DNA of 64,000 bases from Vicinamibacteria bacterium. GTDB lineage: Bacteria; Acidobacteriota; Vicinamibacteria; Fen-336. The stretch's first letter is position 1; each line of letters begins with the position of its first letter. The stretch covers positions 3,550 to 67,549 of the forward strand of contig JBDIBD010000001.1 in NCBI GenBank assembly GCA_039812725.1, given 5' to 3'. Positions 54,471-63,060 of the stretch are shown piece by piece. Position numbers and translations under genes: made by a program. The notes beneath the pieces were generated by a model. The model had not been told where the DNA came from, did no database searches, and saw only the letters and a list, made by a program, of their open reading frames with translations.

Positions 54471-54926
54471 CTACCAGATCCCCAGCCACCCTCTTGTCCT
54501 TCGTCCTGCACTCTTCCGGTTGCGCTCCCACGCCACCGCGACTGGCAGAACCTCGATTCTCGACAGGGGCTGTTGCCGCGCGCGCTTGCTCCATTCCTCG
54601 TCTGACAAGGGGCCAACGATGGTCTCGGCCCGCGCATCAAGAATCCACCAGCCCGGCCGCTCGCCTCCGGCCACTGGGGTGACCCGTGCCACGATGAACC
54701 TATCGTCCGATCCGAGATCGATCACACTGCCACCCATCGGGCCGTTGTCGGTTTCACCGTGTAGCCTAGCCCGCCAACTGCACCCGTTGACCGTGTAGGT
54801 CCATGAAATGTCGCTCCGCTCCAGGCAGTAGTTCCCAGCGATAGCGACGCTGTTGCCGTCGCTACCGCAGCCACTGAGGATACCCGCCAAGACCAGCAGC
54901 GCTACCGATCTCACTAGTTGGCGCAT
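54471..54926 (-). CDS. lipoprotein, candidate immunity protein for the upstream Rhs C-terminal toxin
   Basis: MRQLVRSVALLVLAGILSGC lipobox; overlaps the 3' end of the Rhs gene by 13 nt. Confidence 0.6.
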   Translation of the reverse strand: MRQLVRSVALLVLAGILSGCGSDGNSVAIAGNYCLERSDISWTYTVNGCSWRARLHGETDNGPMGGSVIDLGSDDRFIVARVTPVAGGERPGWWILDARAETIVGPLSDEEWSKRARQQPLSRIEVLPVAVAWERNRKSAGRRTRGWLGIW

Positions 54927-57900
54927 CCCGACGGCTCGGTCCAGGAGATGGAGATGGTCACGTTTCCGAACTCGGAGGGCTTGCCCCACGAGGATTGCGT
55001 GCCTAGGAACTCCGGCATGTGGAGAGCCAGCGAATTGAAGTTCATCGTATCACTGACCGTCACTGTCGTCGTTCCATTGCTGGACGGGGTCATGTCAACC
55101 CTGTAGGTGCCGAGGGCTTCGCGCCACGGATTCTCGATATTTGCTGGGTCTACTATGGGAGCGCCAGCGAGGCCTCCGGGCAGACTCGCTAAGGAGGGGT
55201 ACGCTTGCCCGGCCGTGGTGAACTGCCCCGCTTGACCATAGATATAGCTATTACCTGGACCGCGCACCGAGTGGCCGGGCGCGGCTCCACCGTATAGCCC
55301 GTATGAGGCGTTGTATCCTGACAGTCCCGTGCATCCCTTCTTCCGGTGTTCCTTGCGCGCGTTCTCGACGCCGGGTGCACCCTTCATTTGATTGGCCGCG
55401 TCGGACGTGCTCCCGACAATCACGATCTCGTTTTCCCCCTCGCCGGTGAAGAAGTCACGGAGAATGTCGACGACTCTGGGCTCGTGCGGCATCCGATCAA
55501 CCGGGTCCGGGTGGATGGTCGACTCCGGCTCGGTCAGGTAGATCAAAGGCGGTGCATTAGCCGTGACGGTTACGGTGTCGTTGCGGTAGACGTCGATCTC
55601 GTTCACGCTCGCGGACACCCACCCGTGGCCGTTCCAGCACTCGAACCCTGATCCTTGCTGTTCCGGCCTACAACTCGACAGCGGATACTGAAGCCCTGAT
55701 GGGTCTGAGAAACTCACCGGGTTGCCGCCGCTGTAGGAGTAGCGACTTGGGCCGACACCGCCCTTGGCGGGGTCAGCAGGATCGGCCGAAACAAAGACAC
55801 CAAGCTCACTATCATAGTAGCGAGCATGGAGATAGGTCAGACCGGTCTCCGCGTCCAGCCGCTCGCTGATGTAGCTCAGCGGCTCCCAGTAACTGGTGGA
55901 GTCGGCGACCTTCTGGCCGTACGGTCTGTAGGCACTGCGCAGGATGTTCACGCCAGTCCCGTCCGTCACCACTTGCACTGAGCCCAGCCGGTCCACGTGG
56001 AGCCAGCGGTTGACCGTACCGACACGCTCGCCGATCACGGTGCCGCCCAACCGTAGGTACTTCGTCACCTCGGCACCGCGGATCTCGTAGTCATCCCCCA
56101 GCGGATATAGCGTCGTCCCGCCCGGTGCCGTCTTCTTCAGCCGCGTACCGTCGCCCGCGTAGGCAAAGGATACGCCGTTGATCACCGTCGGCTTGTTCTC
56201 CACATTCCACTCGTAGGTCCGGCCGCGCCCCGAGAGCAGGTTGCCGTTCGGGTCGTAGGTCATCGCCTGTCCGGCCACGGTCGTAGGCGCGTGTGGTCTG
56301 GTCAAGCCGGGCAGAGGGTACGTGATGGCACCGATGCGCGAGTCCCAGGTCTTGCTTCCCACAATGTCGTACTGGAAGCTCTGGCTCTGCGCTGGGTCGT
56401 ACAGGCTCGTGGCTGTGGTCAGCCTGCCCAGCAGGTCGTAGCCGTAGCTCCAGCTCTCGTAGGGGAAGGGGCTGCTGACGCTCTGCACCCGCCCCAGCAC
56501 GTCCGGGGTGTACTGCAGGTCCTGGATTAGGCCGCCCGGCTCACCCGTCGAGGTGGTCTGGATGCGACGCAGCGCGCCGCGCTCGTCGAAGTCCCAGAAG
56601 GTGGTCGTGCCGTTGGCCTGGTAGCGCCACTTAGGCCGCCCGAGCGCGTCGTACGTGGCGTTCGTGACGAAGCCCGGCACGGTCTTCATGCGGCCCGCCG
56701 CGTCGTACGTGATCGGAGCGGCCGGCGTCCCGAAAGCGTCGCCGTCGGGCCAGGTGATCCCCGTCAGGTGGCCGCTCGTCGAGTAGCGTCGCTGCAGCGT
56801 GTACGTGACCCCGCCCAGCACGCGACTTTGTCGCACCTGCCGGCCGAGAGAGTCGTAGTCGTACTGTTCGGTGCCGTGGCCGTCGGTCATGGTCGTCAGC
56901 CGACCGGTGTTGAAGTAGCCCGTACGTTGCTCGCCGTAGCTGAAGGTGACGTTGGTACCGCCTGGGCCGTACGTGGTCTTGCGGATCGTCCGGCCGGTCG
57001 CGTCTGTCTGGGTCTCGGTGATCTGGCCCTTGGCGTCGGTCTGGGTGGTGGTGCGGTTGATCGTGTTGTAGGCCCAGCTCCAGGTTCCCGAATCGGGGTC
57101 GGCGCGCTGGAGCAGGCGTCCCAGCGAGTCGTACGTCCAGCTCCACTCGTTGCCCGCGGGATCGGTCATGCCCACCCGCTCGCCGCGCGCGTTGTAGGTC
57201 AGCTCGCTCGCCACGGCGCGGCCCTGGTCGTCCTCCTGTTCGGTGCGCCGTGTGCGGCCGAAGGCGTCCAGGTACGTCGTGGCCGTGCGGCCAAGCGGAT
57301 CCGTGGCGGTCTGCTGCCAGGCGCCGTAGGCCACCTGGATCTGGTGGTTGTCCGGCAGGACGGTTGTCACCACCCGGTCGAGGGCATCGTAGCCGTAGCT
57401 GGTCACCGGGCTGCTCGCTGCGCCGGCGTAGTACGGCTGCTTCTGCCACGCCAGGCCGCCGCGGGCGTTCTTGCCCTTCTCCGACACGATCGTCTCGGCC
57501 AGGCTGGGGCCCTTGCTCTCGGAGCGGTAGCTCCAGCCGAAGCCGTCGAAGTAGTCCTGCTTGAAGTAGTCGCCCGTGCCATCGCCGGGCGAGGGCGAGG
57601 GGCTCTCGGCCCGCGTGCGCTGTTGCGTAGGCGAACCCAGGTTCAGGTAGGTGTAGTTCTCGAACGTGCCCAGGGGGCCGCTGCGAGTCTGCACTCGGCA
57701 CAGGGCGTCATACGAGACCGTGGTGCTCAGGCCGTTCGCGTCCGTGGTGGTCGCCGGGGCGCTACAGATCCAGTCCCACTGAGCGGTCTGGGCCTCGTTC
57801 AGGGAGTTTCTCACCTCAGCCGGCCGGAGGTGATAGGCCGAGTCCATGGTGACGCTAACCGGGGCCGAGGAGGGGTAGCTAACCGTCTGGACGTTACCCC

Positions 57901-60900
57901 AGGCGTCGTAGGTCATCGTCGTGTCTTCGTAGGCTCCGACAGTGTCGAGCCACTTGCTCGAGCGGGTCAGGCGACCCGCCATCGGGGGCGTACCGGGGTC
58001 TTGGTAGTCATAGCCATAGGCCGTGCGCCGCACCAGCGTCCCCGCCGGCCCCGCTCCCTCGCGCAGCTCCTCGGCGGCGGGGCGGCTGACGATGTAGGCG
58101 GTGGTGTTGGCGGCATACTGCGTGACCGCCGTGCGCTCGTCGCCAGCGACGTCGTAGTCCCCGTGCTCTGTGACCTGGGTGGGGTTCCCGTAGGAGTTGT
58201 AGGCGTAGGTCGTGTACGTGCGCTTGCTCTCGCCACCCGTGCCGTAGGCGTAGCTCCACGACCCGGTGGGCAGGCGGAAGTACGGCGCGGCCGCCGGCAG
58301 GGCCGAGTACTCCTGCTCGCTCTTGGCCAGGAGCGCTCCGCCGCCGGCGTGCGCCTCTGTCCGCTCGAGGAGCGGACCCACCTTCGGATCCTGCAGGAAC
58401 CAGGTCTCGTTGTACGGACAGGCGGCTTCGCCGGGCAGGCAGGGCTTCGTGACGCGCGCGTAGCGGAAGCCCAGGTAGCGCCGCTCCAGGCGGTCCATGA
58501 AACCGCCCGAGTACGTGTAGGACGTGGTCGACACGCCCCCGCGCCCGTCGTTGGTGGTGATGCCCGTGACCGCGTAGCGCGGCGACGGGTTGTTCGTGCT
58601 CGGGAAGGCCGTCGTGGCCGTGTAGGTCACGCTGACCGTCCCGCCCAGGGGGTTCTGGTACCCCGCCAGCAGGTCGCGGCTCTGGCCCGACGTCCCGCCG
58701 AACGCCACGGGCGTCGCCAGCTTGTCGCACAGCAGGTCCATCTTGGCGTCGCCGTCGAAGTCTCCGCCCCGCAACTGCCCCTCGCACCAGCTCGTCTTCC
58801 AGGTTTCGGCCGCCCCCAGCCCGCTGGCGTCGCTCCAGTCGCGCACCTGGATGTCGTTCACCGCCCCGACCGCGTTGTTGCAGACGATCTCGCTGGCCCC
58901 GTCGCCGTCCACGTCGGCCGCGAAGACCTGGGTGGTGGGATCGGTCTCGCCAGGGACGAACGGGCACCACGTGCCGTACGTCCCCTGCTCGACGAAGCTA
59001 CGGCCGGTCGAGAGGGCGATCTTGCCGTTGTCGACGCAGTGGGCGTCGGTGCGCCCATCGCCGTTGAAGTCCCCCAGCACGTAGTGCGCCCCACAGAACG
59101 TCTGGCCCAGCTCCCCGAAGGAGGGGTACACGAAGGTGCTGCCGGTCGAGACGTAGACCTGCAGGTGGCCGTTGCCGATGCAGGCCCAGTCGTCCTTGCC
59201 GTCGCCGTCGAAGTCGATGGCGCTGGTCTGCTGATCGGCCGGCGGGGCGCAGCCCAGGTTGCCCCAGTACGAGAACTGGAAGGAGCTGCCGGTGGAGCGG
59301 CCGATGATGATCGGCGACTGGGCGACGTTTGGCGGTGGCGTCGTGCTGCTGTCCCAGTTCTGCCGGCATGAGACGTCCAGCCGGCCGTCCCCGTCGAAGT
59401 CGCCCGCCCCCAGCGCCACGTACGCGGTCTTGCAGTTGTAGTGGTAACCCGTGGCCGGGTCGGTGACGGCCGCGCTGCCCCAGTTGACCGCGTCTGCGAA
59501 GGCCGCGCCCGTCGACAGAGTGACGAGGAAGTCGGCGTTGTAGGGACTGAAGGCCGCCAGGTCGGTCTTGCCGTCGTTGTTGAAGTCGCCGGTGAGCGCC
59601 CGGCTGTAGTCATAGCCCGTGCGCCAGACCACGGGGTCGGCGAAGCCCGCCCCGGTCGAGAGCCGCACGCGCATCTGCTGCGTCTGGTTGGTGTAGCAGG
59701 CCTGGTCGGTGCGCCCGTCCCCGTTGAAGTCGCCCGTGAGGAGCTGCTCGCCCCAGCACCAGCCCGCCACGTTCTGCAGCGAGCCCGAGATCATGACCGA
59801 GCTGACCACGTCCTGCTTGCGGGTCAGGGTGGCGACGGCCGCCAGTGGATAGCCCACCTTCGAGCCCGCCGGGCGCTCGCGCAGGAGCTGGCCGTTCTTC
59901 TTCCACTGCACGGCGCCGTTGTTGACCTCGATGCGCAGCACGTCGCCGTAGTTGGCGTTCCAGGGACCGTAGGACGTGCTCTTCTCGTAGGCGTAGACGA
60001 CCACCGGGCCCGGCGAGCCGCCCTGCTCGCTGAAGGCGTAGTCGATCTCGGCCGGCGCGAAGTCCTTGACCTTGCGGCTCAGGCCCCAGCGCTTGGGATA
60101 GCCGCCGAGCGCCAGCGCCTCCATGTAGCCGTTGCCGCTCGACAGCGCCCGCGTCGAGCTGCCGCGGGCGTCGTAGTCGCCGTTGACGCCGTCGATCTTC
60201 TTCAGCGTGTTGGTGGGATCGACGGCCTCGGTCTTGACCAGCTCGGACCACTCCACCGGCTCCGTGGTGCCTCCCGGGGTGGGCGGCTGGGAGCCCTGGG
60301 ACACGAAGGTGCGGCCGGCAGCGTCGGTGGTGTAGGTGAAGGTGTGCGGCGGCAGCGAGGTGCCGCCGGTGATCAGGCCGTTCGTGTGGACGAGATCCTT
60401 GCCGAACTGCTGCACGCTGGCCAGCAGCGAGCGGCCCGTCTGCGGGCTGGTCGTGTAGGTCAGCTTGTAGCCCCGGATGTGGCCGACGCCCGGCATCCAG
60501 ACGATCACGCTCAACAGCCGCTCCGTCGTGCGGCCCAGGTCCGCTCCGCGGGCGTAGGTCAGCACGTCGGGACGAGCCTCCCGGGCCAGCCACACCGCGT
60601 AAGGCCCATAGGTGACCGTGCTCGGGTAGCAGTCCGTCGTGCACTGCCACGAGTAGTTGACGGTGTTGCCCAGGGTGTCGATCACCTGGCTCAGGCCCCA
60701 GCGGTAGGTCCCCTGGGCTGCGCTCATCAGCGACGTGTAGACGGAGCGCACGCCGCTTTTCTCCCAGACCGTCCAGGTGTTGCTGGCCGCGTCCAGCTTG
60801 ATGCGCTTGAAGTTCTCGTTCTCGGTGGCGTGCGTGCCGCCCGCCGCACAGCCCGGCGAGACCACGCCGGCCTGACAGGCCAGCATCTTGGCGCCGTCCA

Positions 60901-61204
60901 GCCGGAAGACGTCGCTGCCGTCCCAGCGCGGCGTGCCGCCCCCGGCGTTCGTGCGCTCGATCGTGCTGAAGCCCCCCAGACTCCAGCCGACGCCCACCAG
61001 CCCGTCGCGGCCCTCCGACGTGTAGCCGAGCGCCAGGTGTGGCTCGAGGCCGCGGAAGGGCGGGACTTCGATCGGAATGCCGTGGCCGAACGAACCGAAG
61101 AAGGGGCTCACCTGCTCGCTGGCCTTCTCCGCGGCCTGGGCGGCGGGGCTCGCGAGGGCGATCAGGACGACGACGAGGGCGAAACGGAGGGCACGCGAGT
61201 TCAT
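54914..61204 (-). CDS. SpvB/TcaC-N domain + FG-GAP/VCBS + RHS-repeat core polymorphic toxin (TcB/TcC-like fusion) with ~270-aa variable C-terminal domain of unassigned family
   Basis: Signal peptide; SpvB N-domain (HLALGYTSEGRDGLVGVGWSLGGFSTIERT); multiple GDFNGDGRTD FG-GAP repeats; YD repeats (YDALGR, YDSLGRLL); RHS core end ...YYDSELGVFVSADP...YSYSGGNPVSFSDPSGL, then variable CT domain. Confidence 0.9.
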   Translation of the reverse strand: MNSRALRFALVVVLIALASPAAQAAEKASEQVSPFFGSFGHGIPIEVPPFRGLEPHLALGYTSEGRDGLVGVGWSLGGFSTIERTNAGGGTPRWDGSDVFRLDGAKMLACQAGVVSPGCAAGGTHATENENFKRIKLDAASNTWTVWEKSGVRSVYTSLMSAAQGTYRWGLSQVIDTLGNTVNYSWQCTTDCYPSTVTYGPYAVWLAREARPDVLTYARGADLGRTTERLLSVIVWMPGVGHIRGYKLTYTTSPQTGRSLLASVQQFGKDLVHTNGLITGGTSLPPHTFTYTTDAAGRTFVSQGSQPPTPGGTTEPVEWSELVKTEAVDPTNTLKKIDGVNGDYDARGSSTRALSSGNGYMEALALGGYPKRWGLSRKVKDFAPAEIDYAFSEQGGSPGPVVVYAYEKSTSYGPWNANYGDVLRIEVNNGAVQWKKNGQLLRERPAGSKVGYPLAAVATLTRKQDVVSSVMISGSLQNVAGWCWGEQLLTGDFNGDGRTDQACYTNQTQQMRVRLSTGAGFADPVVWRTGYDYSRALTGDFNNDGKTDLAAFSPYNADFLVTLSTGAAFADAVNWGSAAVTDPATGYHYNCKTAYVALGAGDFDGDGRLDVSCRQNWDSSTTPPPNVAQSPIIIGRSTGSSFQFSYWGNLGCAPPADQQTSAIDFDGDGKDDWACIGNGHLQVYVSTGSTFVYPSFGELGQTFCGAHYVLGDFNGDGRTDAHCVDNGKIALSTGRSFVEQGTYGTWCPFVPGETDPTTQVFAADVDGDGASEIVCNNAVGAVNDIQVRDWSDASGLGAAETWKTSWCEGQLRGGDFDGDAKMDLLCDKLATPVAFGGTSGQSRDLLAGYQNPLGGTVSVTYTATTAFPSTNNPSPRYAVTGITTNDGRGGVSTTSYTYSGGFMDRLERRYLGFRYARVTKPCLPGEAACPYNETWFLQDPKVGPLLERTEAHAGGGALLAKSEQEYSALPAAAPYFRLPTGSWSYAYGTGGESKRTYTTYAYNSYGNPTQVTEHGDYDVAGDERTAVTQYAANTTAYIVSRPAAEELREGAGPAGTLVRRTAYGYDYQDPGTPPMAGRLTRSSKWLDTVGAYEDTTMTYDAWGNVQTVSYPSSAPVSVTMDSAYHLRPAEVRNSLNEAQTAQWDWICSAPATTTDANGLSTTVSYDALCRVQTRSGPLGTFENYTYLNLGSPTQQRTRAESPSPSPGDGTGDYFKQDYFDGFGWSYRSESKGPSLAETIVSEKGKNARGGLAWQKQPYYAGAASSPVTSYGYDALDRVVTTVLPDNHQIQVAYGAWQQTATDPLGRTATTYLDAFGRTRRTEQEDDQGRAVASELTYNARGERVGMTDPAGNEWSWTYDSLGRLLQRADPDSGTWSWAYNTINRTTTQTDAKGQITETQTDATGRTIRKTTYGPGGTNVTFSYGEQRTGYFNTGRLTTMTDGHGTEQYDYDSLGRQVRQSRVLGGVTYTLQRRYSTSGHLTGITWPDGDAFGTPAAPITYDAAGRMKTVPGFVTNATYDALGRPKWRYQANGTTTFWDFDERGALRRIQTTSTGEPGGLIQDLQYTPDVLGRVQSVSSPFPYESWSYGYDLLGRLTTATSLYDPAQSQSFQYDIVGSKTWDSRIGAITYPLPGLTRPHAPTTVAGQAMTYDPNGNLLSGRGRTYEWNVENKPTVINGVSFAYAGDGTRLKKTAPGGTTLYPLGDDYEIRGAEVTKYLRLGGTVIGERVGTVNRWLHVDRLGSVQVVTDGTGVNILRSAYRPYGQKVADSTSYWEPLSYISERLDAETGLTYLHARYYDSELGVFVSADPADPAKGGVGPSRYSYSGGNPVSFSDPSGLQYPLSSCRPEQQGSGFECWNGHGWVSASVNEIDVYRNDTVTVTANAPPLIYLTEPESTIHPDPVDRMPHEPRVVDILRDFFTGEGENEIVIVGSTSDAANQMKGAPGVENARKEHRKKGCTGLSGYNASYGLYGGAAPGHSVRGPGNSYIYGQAGQFTTAGQAYPSLASLPGGLAGAPIVDPANIENPWREALGTYRVDMTPSSNGTTTVTVSDTMNFNSLALHMPEFLGTQSSWGKPSEFGNVTISISWTEPSGCAN

Positions 61205-61618
61205 CGAGGCACCGTGAGGTTGTCGGGTTCGAGGGAAGGAGACGGCGCGGGCGGGAGGTCGGGCGTGCAGCTCGTTCGCCGGCTGGAGGGAAGACAGACC
61301 ACGCCACGAAAATCCAAGCGGCCTCCACGGGAGGGTCCACGCCGGACAGCGCGGACATGGAGCACGTCAGTTCAAACGGGCGGATGTGTATCAGACTCAC
61401 CCCCCCATACGTCAAGCACAATCTCTGGCACCCCGAACATGCTCCGCATTGTGAGGTATCCCAAATGGTGTATTCGGCTCATGGCTCTGCTGCCCGGTTT
61501 CGTCCACCGCCTCTGCGGAAGGTCCAGGAAGAGCCCGGCTGCGCCACTAGGTCCGCGGGGGCTCGCTCCTCCCCGAAAGCACCAGCCTGTGACGACGAGC
61601 GTACCTGGCTGCCGGTGC

Positions 61619-61750
61619 TCAACGTACGATCCAGGCCCTCCGCGCGGCCTCCTTGGCCTCGGGACAGCTGGCAACAAAGTCGCCCTCGTCCCCGGTGATG
61701 GGCTTCGCCAGTGCGTGCCGGGCCCCGTCGAGGTTTGCGTTCTGGCCGGG
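61619..61750 (-). pseudogene. gene remnant homologous to the 3' end (~40 codons) of 24327..24728, inverted
   Basis: Encodes ...NLDGARHALAKPITGDEGDFVASCPEAKEAARRAWIVR vs ...NLDEARHALAKSIAEDEGDFIASCPEAQEASQKAWTFQ; upstream part of the track ORF is Arg-rich non-coding-like. Confidence 0.4.
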
Positions 61751-61894
61751 TTGGGGCGGAGGGACCGGCCGGGCGGAATGGAGCACCGCGGGCCGGAGTC
61801 GGTCGAGATTCACATTCATACGGTGAGCGGAAACATACCGAACGCTCGTTATGTTTCTTGGCGTAGGATGGCCGTCAGCTGGAGGAGGTCCGCA

Positions 61895-62305
61895 ATGCTG
61901 AACGCCCTGGTTCCCCTGCTCATCGCGCTGGCTGTCTTGGCGCCTCCCCTGGCCGCGGGTGCGGCCGAACGCCCCGTGGCGGTGACGACGACGGCGCACG
62001 AGGTGGTCGAGGGAACCTTCGCCGGGGCCACCGCTGCGGGCGTCGCGGTCCGCGTCGCAGGCCAGCGGCTGGAGATCGCCTGGGAACAGGTGGCGACGCT
62101 GTCCTTCGTCGGTGCCGTGGCGGCCGGCGGGCCAGGAGCAGGCTCGTCCGCGCCGTCGGGTCTGATCGGGACGCCGCCGTCGAGCTCGGGCGCGGCGCGG
62201 CCGCCGTCGGGGGTTGGCCGCTGCCAGGCCACGACGCAGAAGGGCACGCAGTGCTCACGCAAGGCGCAGGCAGGCTCGAACTACTGCTGGCAGCACCAGC
62301 GGTAG
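61895..62305 (+). CDS. small secreted protein with C-terminal Cys/His-rich zinc-ribbon-like tail
   Basis: ATG with GGAGGAGG RBS; signal peptide MLNALVPLLIALAVLAPPLAAGAA; tail CQATTQKGTQCSRKAQAGSNYCWQHQR. Confidence 0.55.
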   Translation: MLNALVPLLIALAVLAPPLAAGAAERPVAVTTTAHEVVEGTFAGATAAGVAVRVAGQRLEIAWEQVATLSFVGAVAAGGPGAGSSAPSGLIGTPPSSSGAARPPSGVGRCQATTQKGTQCSRKAQAGSNYCWQHQR

Positions 62306-62514
62306 GGGTCTGGGCCCCGTGGAGGCCGACCGAATCCCGATACGTCCGGGGCGGGACCTACTCGTGCGGGCGGATGGGAGGTACCACAGATGAGGGCGGC
62401 CGCTCCCCCGCCCCACCGGGGACCTCGAGGTGGACCAGGGCGAGCTGCTTTCCCATGCGAGCGCGGCGCCACCCAGCTCGGCAACCACCTGCGACGCGAC
62501 CTCCAGCCATTGCG

Positions 62515-62721
62515 GTGGACTCGCGAGCGCTAGTGGGACGTCACTTGCGGCGCATCCGACACGAGCGCGGCCTTACCTAGGAGGCAGTGGCCGAGCTCTC
62601 AGGCTTGGACCGGAGCTTCCTGAGCCTCGTCGAGAGCGGCAAGCGGAGAACCTCGGTGGAGAATCTCTGCTCCCTTGCGGCCGCTCTTGAGGTGCACCCT
62701 AGAATCTTCCTCGAAGACTGA
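62515..62721 (+). pseudogene. XRE-family HTH regulator interrupted by in-frame TAG (at ~62578-62580)
   Basis: ...HLRRIRHERGLT*EAVAELSGLDRSFLSLVESGKRRTSVENLCSLAAALEVHPRIFLED; the stop replaces the conserved Gln of GLTQE. Confidence 0.5.
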
Positions 62722-63060
62722 TTAGCGCCTCGGTGCGACACGGGCCTAGCCAGCGAGTGCCGTCTGCTTGCGTCCGTGCTCCCACCCATCCCGGCCGTCA
62801 CCGCTGTCGCACTATCCCGCCCGCGCCTCCCGTCGCCGGGCCTAGGCGCTAGCCTCTTTCGCTCGCAGAACGACCCTAGCGCGACCCTAGCGTTGACCCT
62901 AGTGTCGGCGCGCGACCCGAAGCCCCTTGAGTGCGAGAGTCGCGGGCTGCCCAGGTGCCCCACGCGCTTCTGCTTGAGAGACAGGCATCGGCGCAGGCCT
63001 CATGTGGGGTCCACATTCGAGATGGACGGGTCCCACGCTCGCCGCTCAGGCCGACGACGA

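Noticed and set aside
56768-62305. 867-aa and 954-aa plus-strand ORFs
   Set aside because: Antisense to the Rhs toxin gene; only the 3' portion 61895..62305 (own RBS and signal peptide) is kept as a real gene.
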